Shown here: positions 38,751-48,987 of the stretch, piece after piece | Numbering within the stretch: the stretch's first letter is position 1 | Layout: each line of letters begins with the position of its first letter | Source of the DNA: Macrostomum lignano | Lineage: Eukaryota | Length of the DNA stretch: 64,000 bases | Assembly (NCBI GenBank): GCA_002269645.1 | Contig: NIVC01003855.1 | Location: forward strand, 9,534 to 73,533 | Direction: 5' to 3' | Translations under genes and position numbers: made by a program | The notes under the pieces: model-generated | The model's database searches: none | The model's input: only the letters and a program-made list of their open reading frames with translations | Told to the model about the DNA's origin: nothing

Positions 38751-39422
38751 CAGGGGTCAGAAAACTTTTTACCCTAAAGGCCAGATAGAGAACCTAGAGC
38801 ATGACTGCGGGCCGGAGGAGGGGCAAAGAAGAGGAAATTGAGAAGAGAAATAGGAGAAAGGAGATAAATGAGACGAAAGGAGACGAGAGGAGAGAAAAGA
38901 TGAAATAGGAGAGAAGAGAGGAGAGAAGAGAAGAGAAGAGAAGGAGAGGAGAAGGTAAAGAAGATAGGAGATTAGAGAGGCGAGGAGAGGAGAGGAGAGG
39001 GTAGGGGAGGGGAGGAGAGGAGAGGAGAGGAGAGGAGAGGAGAGAAGAGGAGAGAGGAGAGGAGAGGAGAGGGTAGGGGAGGGGAGGAGAGGAGAGGAGA
39101 GGAGAGGAGAGGAGAGAAGAGGAGAGAGGAGAGGAGAGAAGAGAGGAGAGGAGAAGAGAGGGTAGGGGAGGGGAGGAGAGGAGAGGAGAGGAGAGGGTAG
39201 GGGAGGGGAGGAGAGGAGAGGAGAGGAAAAAAGAGAGGAGAGGAGAGGAGAGGAGAGAAGAGGAGAGAGGAGAGGAGAGGGAGGTGACAGGAGAGAGCTG
39301 AGAAGAGACACAAACCCTGAGCTGGCCGCATTGCTATTGTGAAGCTTCAAAAGACCCGAAGGCCGGATGAAGAGGCTTCGCGGGCCGCATGTGGTCCACG
39401 GGCCGGAGTTTGCCAACCCCTG
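38751..39422. mobile_element. hAT (Charlie/Buster-like) MITE with internal (GGAGA)n expansion
   Basis: Ends CAGGGGTCAGAAAACT ... AGTTTGCCAACCCCTG. Subterminal GGGCCGCATGTGGTCCACGGGCCG. Flanks ATACAGAG / AAATAGAG (6/8). Confidence 0.8.
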
Positions 39423-39618
39423 AAATAGAGTAAAGAGCGATGGTACGACGGTGGAGGTAAGAGCGAGAGTAAGACAGTGGCTCACTGTCACATACTCGTA
39501 GGTTTGATGTTATATATCTATATTTCATATTTCATATAAGACGTAACAATTAATAGCCTTTGCAACTTCGAAGTCCGAGATGAGCAATGGTTACAGTGAA
39601 CCCACGCCATCCGCTCAG

Positions 39619-39774
39619 TTCTTCATCACAGGCCTGTCATTTGCCACATTCGCTGTGGGAGCGGACAAGCCAGAGAGCCGATTGCAGCTGTCATTCACGC
39701 TGTTTCTCACCTCAGTGGCTTTCAAGTTCGTCATTAACCAGTCGCTACCAAAGATTTCCTACTTAACTTACATG
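39619..39774 (+). CDS. pLGIC exon 6a (M1 end, M2 pore helix, M2-M3 loop), alternative copy 1
   Basis: CGCTCAG acceptor, GTGAGA donor, 156 nt, phase 0-0. FFITGLSFATFAVGADKPESRLQLSFTLFLTSVAFKFVINQSLPKISYLTYM aligns to the GlyR/GABA-A R0'..L9'T..SLPKVSY pattern. Confidence 0.93.
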
Positions 39775-39844
39775 GTGAGAGTTGTTTACCTGAGCTCGTA
39801 CTTAGTTCAATCCTGTGCCTCCCTCTCTCGAACTCGTATTACAG

Positions 39845-40000
39845 TTCATGATATCCGGCCTGTCATTTGCCACGTTTGCTGTTGAACCAAATAAGTGCGA
39901 GTACAGGCTGAGGCTGAGCTTCACCCTGGTATTAACCAGCGTCACGTTCAAGTACGTGGTCGCGCAGTCGCTACCGAGAATCTCCTACCTGACCTACATG
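39845..40000 (+). CDS. pLGIC exon 6b (M1 end, M2 pore helix, M2-M3 loop), alternative copy 2
   Basis: ATTACAG acceptor, GTAAGG donor, 156 nt, phase 0-0. FMISGLSFATFAVEPNKCEYRLRLSFTLVLTSVTFKYVVAQSLPRISYLTYM. Confidence 0.92.
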
Positions 40001-40159
40001 GTAAGGCAGGCGGAACCTTCATATTAGTCCGGGCTTTTGAGGGTGAACGGTGGCTCCAAAACTGATTCCCGCAATTCGGAATCCAAATTAGTAAGGACGC
40101 CATGCACTCACAAAACGAGCAAATTTCGCTGGCAGCGGTAATTTGTTTTTTGAGACGGC

Positions 40160-41085
<926 letters not shown>

Positions 41086-41852
41086 TTAATCTATGTAGTT
41101 CCTGTGGATCATAACTGAGAAGCCGGAGAAAACCGTCTCTGAAACCGAAAGCGAGATTTGCACGATTTACAAGTGTAGTGTCCTTTAACTTTAGCTGTCC
41201 AATGTTCTCCCACTGATGGAGACAACATGGGGGATAGCGTGGACACGAGTGAGCTGGCAAAAAAGCGCTGAGGGGGTCCGGACGCAGGCTTCTGCTCAAA
41301 TCGATATGGGCGAACTAATTGATGGGTACTCCTCAGTCTCTAGGTCTGATAGATCTGATATCTACAGAGGTTTAACCTATACACCGATTACGAGTAGAAG
41401 GCGCTTTTTTACACTTGAATTAGTATAGACTCGCCGCTTGATTTCGACAAACAATCTGTCTGTCATGCAATTGCTCAGTCAATATATGATGGAAAAATGC
41501 AAAATATGTTAGTCACATCATCAAAACAGATTTAAAAAATCAAATAGCAGTAGCTTGTAGCTCAAACACTGAAGCCAAATCGATTTTAAAAAATTGTTAT
41601 TCTGGTTTGTCGTAGCTAAGCGAGTTTTACCCGATGGATTTCGTTTGAGCAGAAGCTGATTTGGGCGCAGCGAGTCCGGGGACCCCCTCGCCGTCACTCA
41701 GCAGGGGGTCCCGGCCGCCGAGAGCCCCACAAAAGCCCGGACATCCCGACGCGCATTGCAGAGCGGTTTTATTGCCTTGGATACTGATTAACGATTGGTA
41801 GTCGTTTTTTAAAGCACTTAGAAACTGAATGCGCCAATAAATCAAACGGGAT

Positions 41853-42430
41853 ATCAATCAATCAACCAATCAACCAATCAATCAATCAATCAGTCAATCA
41901 ATCAACTAATCAATTAATCAATCAATCAACCAACCAATCAATCAATCAACCAACCAACCAATCAATCAATCAATCAATCAACCAATCAATCAATCAACCA
42001 ACCAACCAATCAATCAACCAACCAACCAATCATTCAATCAATCAATCAATCAATCAATTAATCAACCAACCAACCAATCAATCAACCAACCAACCAATCA
42101 ATCAATCAACCAATTAATTAATCAATCAATCAATCAATCAATCAACAAATCAATCGATTAATAAATCATTCAATCAATAAATAAATCAATTGATCAATCA
42201 ATCAATCACTCAATAAATCGATCGATCTATTTATCCCTCCATCGATACATACATACATCCATCAATCAATCAATCAATCAATTAATTAATCAATCAAATC
42301 AATCAACAAATCAATAAATAAATAAATAAATAAATCAATCAATCAATCAAACAATTTATTAATCAATAAATCAACAAATCAATAAATAAATCAATCAATC
42401 AATAAACCAATTGATTAATAAACGAATCAA
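41853..42430. repeat. Degenerate (AATC)n/(AACC)n/(AAAT)n microsatellite
   Basis: Direct reading. Confidence 0.95.
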
Positions 42431-42954
42431 TCAATCAAATAATGAATCATTTGGAAATAGTGGACTAATTTCGGAAGTTAATTTACATCTTTTAATCAAT
42501 TTATCAATAAATTAATTATCAATTAATCAGTCAATGAAAGCTATCCCTGCTGTATCCAAGGTTAAGTTTTTCGCTCGAATGCGTGCCCTCGTATGCAGGA
42601 CGCCGCTTACATGTAAAGGTGCAAGAATTAAGAATGACACGAGCTCAGTGGCTTCATTGTCAGGAGTTTCTTAACAATTTTGGGCTTATTTACTATTTAT
42701 TTATTAATCAACGCGATTGAGGCTGATAGCGATGTCACGGATTTCAGAAAGTCGGAATTAAAAAAGTTTTGGTGCCAAAGCCATCGTGCATCGTGCAGTT
42801 GCATGCTAATATAAATTCTTGCCAACTCATGTGCATCCGAAACGATGTATCGTTTGAAAAAACGTTACCATGATTCAAATTCTCCATACATATTCACAGC
42901 AACCTCACAGTCTTAGACAAGCTTACAATCTGAAAAACTGGTAAAGCAACCTAT

Positions 42955-44750
42955 AACCTGTTAGACAGGAGAGCTTGACCTGTTATGCAGGAGAGTCTGA
43001 CCTGTTAGACAGGAGAGCTTGACCTGTTATGCAGGAGAGCTTGACCTGTTAGACAGGAGAGCTTGACCTGTTATGCAGGAGAGCCTGACCTGTTAGACAG
43101 GAGAGCTTGACCTGTTATGCAGGAGAGCCTGACCTGTTAGACAGGAGAGCTTGACCTGTTATGCAGGAGAGTCTGACCTGTTAGACAGGAGAGCTTGACC
43201 TGTTCTGCAGGAGAGCCTGACCATGTTAGACAGGAGAGCTTGACCTGTTCTGCAGGAGAGCCTGACCATGTTAGACAGGAGAGCTTGACCTGTTATGCAG
43301 GAGAGCCTGACCTGTTAGACAGGAGAGCCTGACCTGTTATGCAGGAGAGTCTGACCTGTTAGACAGGAGAGCTTGACCTGTTATGCAGGAGAGCCTGACC
43401 TGTTAGACAGGAGAGCTTGACCTGTTATGCAGGAGAGTCTGACCTGTTAGACAGGAGAGCTTGACCTGTTATGCAGGAGAGCCTGACCATGTTAGACAGG
43501 AGAGCTTGACCTGTTATGCAGGAGAGCCTGACCTGTTAGACAGGAGAGTCTGACCTGTTAGACAGGAGAGCTTGACCTGTTATGCAGGAGAGTCTGACCT
43601 GTTAGACAGGAGAGCTTGACCTGTTATGCAGGAGAGCCTGACCTGTTAGACAGGAGAGCTTGACCTGTTATGCAGGAGAGTCTGACCTGTTAGACAGGAG
43701 AGCTTGACCTGTTCTGCAGGAGAGCCTGACCTGTTAGACAGGAGAGCTTGACCTGTTATGCAGGAGAGCTTGACCTGTTAGACAGGAGAGCTTGACCTGT
43801 TATGCAGGAGAGTCTGACCTGTTAGACAGGAGAGCTTGACCTGTTATGCAGGAGAGCCTGACCTGTTAGACAAGAGAGCTTGACCTGTTCTGCAGGAGAG
43901 CCTGACCATGTTAGACAGGAGAGCTTGACCTGTTATGCAGGAGAGTCTGACCTGTTAGACAGGAGAGCTTGACCTGTTCTGCAGGAGAGCCTGACCTGTT
44001 AGACAGGAGAGCTTGACCTGTTATGCAGGAGAGCCTGACCTGTTAGACAGGAGAGCTTGACCTGTTATGCAGGAGAGCCTGACCTGTTAGACAGGAGAGC
44101 TTGACCTGTTATGCAGGAGAGCCTGACCTGTTAGACAGGAGAGCTTGACCTGTTATGCAGGAGAGTCTGACCTGTTAGACAGGAGAGCTTGACCTGTTCT
44201 GCAGGAGAGCCTGACCATGTTAGACAGGAGAGCTTGACCTGTTATGCAGGAGAGCCTGACCTGTTAGACAGGAGAGCCTGACCTGTTATGCAGGAGAGCT
44301 TGACCTGTTATGCAGGAGAGTCTGACCTGTTAGACAGGAGAGCTTGACCTGTTATGCAGGAGAGCCTGACCTGTTAGACAGGAGAGCTTGACCTGTTATG
44401 CAGGAGAGCTTGACCTGTTATGCAGGAGAGCTTGACCTGTTATGCAGGAGAGCCTGACCTGTTAGACAGGAGAGCTTGACCTGTTATGCAGGAGAGCTTG
44501 ACCTGTTATGCAGGAGAGCTTGACCTGTTATGCAGGAGAGCCTGACCTGTTAGACAGGAGAGCTTGACCTGTTATGCAGGAGAGTCTGACCATGTTAGAC
44601 AGGAGAGCTTGACCTGTTATGCAGGAGAGCCTGACCTGTTATGCAGGAGAGCCTGACCTGTTATGCAGGAGAGCCTGACCTGTTAGAAGGAACCCTGACC
44701 TGTTAGACAGGATAGCCAGGATATGTTAGACAAGAGAAGCTGACCTGTTA
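42955..44750. repeat. 22-bp minisatellite (GACCTGTTAKRCAGGAGAGCYT), alternating 44-bp dimer, ~80 units
   Basis: Period of 22 (43021 to 43043). Confidence 0.97.
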
Positions 44751-44785
44751 GACAACTACAACGCATGCTAAAAACTCACACGCAG

Positions 44786-45103
44786 GACAAATACGTACTC
44801 ATGTCTCTGGCCATTCTCTGCATTGTGAGCATCTGGCACGCGGTGGTAACTATGATCCAGCCTCCTAGCCTCGGCGGCGGTCGCAACGCTACATCGCAGC
44901 TTCATCATCCTCGAGTCCTGAGCTCAGGAGGCGGCGCCGCCGCTCTCCGAGACTGCCTACTGCAGGGGGAGACTGGCGAGCCGTGCTCGAAACACCTGCG
45001 CCGGATGGAGATGGTGAACAAAATCGAGAAGGACGTGTTCATTAGCTTTGGCGCGCTGTACGTACTGGCTCACGTGATCTTTATCTTCTGGCTTTATTAC
45101 GAT
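44786..45103 (+). CDS. pLGIC exon 7 (M3, M3-M4 loop, M4)
   Basis: CGCAG acceptor gives YM|DKYVL (pLGIC xDxY). Two hydrophobic helices. GAT|GTGAGT donor, 318 nt. Confidence 0.93.
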
Positions 45104-45408
45104 GTGAGTGAGGCTCGGTTTTTTACACTGAGTATTTCTTCCAGTGTTGTTTTTATCCGAAAATCGATAAATGGCATTGGCTAGTCAAGTACTTTTTCAA
45201 GGATTGTGGAAAAAGTTGCTTGAAAGCCTATTTTTTTGCGGTAAAATTGATTAGTAAATTATGCACTTACACGTTTTTATCAAACTTATCAAAGCACTTA
45301 AATTGGCATATAACCAACAGTATAGCATATCGGGTTTGTATCTTGGTAATTAGCTTGCATTGATGAAAGCTATAAAGTTTGGTAAAACAAATCCGAAAAT
45401 TTTTTCAG

Positions 45409-45456
45409 GCTTGTCGAAGACGTCGCGAGATGCACAAGAAGGACAGAGAGTACAAG
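45409..45456 (+). CDS. pLGIC exon 8 (ACRRRREMHKKDREYK)
   Basis: TTTTTCAG acceptor, AAG|GTGAGC donor, 48 nt, phase 0-0. Confidence 0.8.
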
Positions 45457-46379
45457 GTGAGCTGCCGATCAATAATTATCTTTGTTATTTGAACTGTGAG
45501 CAATTTGGTAGTATAAATATGACTTTAGTTTTTTTGGTGCCACGGAAATTACATCTATTTTGCACTTTGTGCAAATTTTTGCACTTTAGAACACCGTAGG
45601 AATGACTGACCATTTTACAACCATCTTATCATTTATAGTTGCAGCTCATCATTGCAATATTCATTTTATTCGAAGTGTGCCTTGAAACATTTATGAATTG
45701 TTTTGACATTAAATATCACTATAAGTAGTTCCACTCCTTTTGTGTTCGACTTTGAATTTTTTGACAGAAACTAGAAATCGTAGTGGAGTTCTTCGATTAA
45801 ACCATGCCTTGATTTTTTTGCAGTCGGATTTACAAATAGTTTTTACTTCTGCGTACGCAAGGTCTCTGATAAATTGTTTTCATAGTGTGGAAAGTCACAA
45901 AGGGCTGTCAGACAGATTGATATTGATGTGTACTAATTTCTGCTATTTCGCGTTTGATTTCGAAAAACTGAAACAGCTTTGGCCCCAAATTCAAAATTAG
46001 TCAGCAATGCTTTGTCAATCTAATCATTGAGTGTATGAAGGCATTTTTAGTTTCAAGCAATTGACCGTTTAGATTTAGTTTCCACTAAACTAAAAATCAT
46101 CATTTTTTCCTCCAAACATATCGTTGAAAATGTCGACTTGCTTCGTTAAAGCATAGTTTAGTATTCATGTTCTATTGAATTAATACAACTGTAAAAACGA
46201 ATATGGAATCTTAGATTTGTGCATTATTGAGAAGCAGTGTATTTTCTGCAACGAGTAAATTTGCATGCATTAATTTCACCAACCCTCCTCGCGTCTCGTA
46301 CAATGCAATTTATAAAAAAATGGGAATAAAGCTGCTTCTTTTCCTACCAAATTTCGCTCCCCATTCTCAAATTGCAAAG

Positions 46380-46490
46380 GATTGGCTCGCTAAAAAGCAG
46401 GAATGGCACGCGAAGGCCTTGGAGTTGGCCGCAGCTCAACACGGCGTTAGTCGGCCATCCTCGTCAGCCGCTATTGCGCTGTCTGTGTGA
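46380..46490 (+). CDS. pLGIC candidate terminal exon 9a (DWLAKKQEWHAKALELAAAQHGVSRPSSSAAIALSV*)
   Basis: GC-rich coding-like island in AT-rich sequence, in phase after a TTGCAAAG acceptor (weaker AAG). Confidence 0.55.
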   Translation, partial: DWLAKKQEWHAKALELAAAQHGVSRPSSSAAIALSV

Positions 46491-47731
46491 CATCATCATT
46501 GTCTGATCCCATCTCCCGGTGACATTATGCGTAATTAGCTATATCATTATTTAATTAGAGAAGATTTGATTAGAGTGGAGGGGCATTTTTAACTACTTGA
46601 GTAGTAGGTATAGAACGCAAAAATAACCGTAAATCGTGTAAATTTTATTGGTAGAATTAATTTGAAGCTAATATACATTCGGTTAAAAGGCTTCAAATAT
46701 AAATTCTCAAAATCTAAAAAAAACAATTAACCATGCATGTACCAGTTACGAGTATTTTTTCAGTCGGACAAAACCAGTATCGCTAAAGTGCATTTAGTAT
46801 GTTCTAGGCTCTGGACCACTTTCCAATGTCGCCAACAATTAAGTCGAGAAAAATCTGCACTAAAAAAGAGCATATAAATGCACCAGCGATACAATAAATA
46901 GTAGTAACTAATCCAGGCGGGGCTCTATCCAGCTCATTTATACGAGCCTACCTGCAGCTTACAATCGTTTACATCACGTGAGTTTGAGTGGAAGTGAAAG
47001 CTCTATCTATCCAATGCATTTTGACCAAAAGTTAAATGGACTGCTTTGTACTGATAATATACATTGTGAAGATTGATCGAGTTCGTCCGTTTGTAGCAGA
47101 ATCTGAATTTCACCTGTGTGCTCGGCAGGCTCATAAATCCGATTTAATCCAATTTTTTCGTTGTCAAAATAAAAAGATTTTCTTACATACTATAACGTAT
47201 CCTTAAGCTTGTAGCTTATAAGCTGTATTAGCTTTATAAGGCTATCTAGTTATGTGATATGTTTTACGGGGTAGAATATCTTAGCCAAGCAATGAAAAAT
47301 CAGATAGAGTTAATAAAATTTGCACGATTTACTTAAACTTTAATTCAATGCTTCAATTTATGTTCAAGAAGGCTTTGTAACCGTTGGTCGAGGCAAGACA
47401 TTGTATAACAACTGTAGTTATTTGCGCATAAAAATACGTAAATCGCTGTCTCTTTTTCATTATATTATTCAATTAACATTTTAGATTAATTATATTATAT
47501 ATTATCGTACTATGTGCCCGCAACGCTTTTGTTTAATTTCCTCCAGCTTTCGTGGAATCGTACGTTTATTAAACTATTAATGTTACTTTTTCGCCTCAAT
47601 TTTTAAATTCTACGAGTACAATTAATCTATCGGTCGTGGTAAAATGTAAAACGTTATTCAAATTCAAATTATAAGTGCATATATATGTAGCTTTGCATTG
47701 TGCTACCTTTTGAACGTACAGTGTAGATTGG

Positions 47732-47965
47732 TAGCACATAAATATGAAAATCCCACATAGAATAACTTTCCACACTCGAATAGAACAGACATGAGTCGTG
47801 CGCGATGAGTCGGAATCAACGATGCTTAGAGGACTCGCTACTTACAGAAATTATTTCGCAAACGTGGAGGGTAGCACATAAATGTGAAAATCCCACATTA
47901 AATAACTTCCACACTCGAATAGAATAGACATGACTCATGCATGATGAGTTGGAATCAACGAATAG
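47732..47965. repeat. ~140-bp-period tandem duplication
   Basis: GTAGCACATAAAT.TGAAAATCCCACAT...GGAATCAACGA occurs at 47732 and 47872; a 35-bp piece recurs at ~48590. Confidence 0.8.
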
Positions 47966-48846
47966 CTGACTTAGTTTGAATTTAAAACTCGACAGATAGA
48001 CTTTTTTTAATGCGTTGGATATATTTTCCAATTTTTTTGGAAAACGGTTGCGACCGAAGAGAAGCAGTCGTCATTAATGTGGGTGATAGTCAAAATTTCA
48101 TGACAATGACTTTGAATCCGTCATTATGTTTTTACATAAATTAGAAGCATCTGTAAAATGAATCTGTTGCTCGCATGCACTCTAACTACCCCAAAATTTA
48201 AGTTGACATAGTTCAAAGATTTTTATTGATAAGTCCATTGAAATTGTCTAATACAGGGGTAGGCAAATGTAGTTTGAGCACTTCCAGTAAACAATATCTG
48301 ATTGGCACGAAAGTTATTTTACGATTCCAGAATATTCCACTTTTACTTGCCCCCGAGTTCTACAGCCAGGGCATCCGCCCTGAATTGATAACCCCGCTGT
48401 ACAGAAAAATGTTACACTCAATAAACTTGTGGCAAAGTAAAACGATTTCCCGACAATCAGATGATTATTAGCTACAGCTATTGTGCCCAAATGCACAACG
48501 ATCAACGATCACAACGACCAAAATGCACAAATGATCAACGATCAAACCAATCGTTGAAAGTATTGATCTGCAGTAAAATTAAAAGCTTGCTACTTACAGG
48601 AATTATTTCGCAAACGTGGAGGGTAATTTGAAATCATTTTATCTTTTCGTTTCATATTTCGTTTCAAAATCTAAATTCCTTACTCTCTAATTGCGCGCGA
48701 ATATCACACTTCCTTTGATTACAAGGATTTGCTACCATGTCGGTTTGCTCTGCGTTACCTGCAAATTACGAGTAGATAATACATATATAGTTACATTTTT
48801 CGGCTAGTTTTAACTAACCAATGTAAAACTTTATCCTAAATTTCAG

Positions 48847-48987
48847 AACAAGATCCAGTTTTACCAGATGGTCGAAACGCATGGACGAGCAGCCAAGAGG
48901 AAGAGCTCAACACCGATGGAGCTGATGAAGAATAGACACCATCATCACCAGCACAGGCGACAGCACAGCCAACTGACTAATCATTGA
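48847..48987 (+). CDS. pLGIC candidate terminal exon 9b (NKIQFYQMVETHGRAAKRKSSTPMELMKNRHHHHQHRRQHSQLTNH*)
   Basis: AATTTCAG acceptor, phase 0, coding-like island ending in TGA. Confidence 0.6.
   Translation, partial: NKIQFYQMVETHGRAAKRKSSTPMELMKNRHHHHQHRRQHSQLTNH

Noticed and set aside
39619-40000. Reading 6a and 6b as consecutive constitutive exons, or as parts of two separate genes
   Set aside because: Co-inclusion would duplicate M1-M2 and break the four-helix topology. Only one set of upstream and downstream exons exists in the window.
48254-48400. CAGGGGTAGGCAAA, a hAT-like left end
   Set aside because: No matching right TIR or TSD found.
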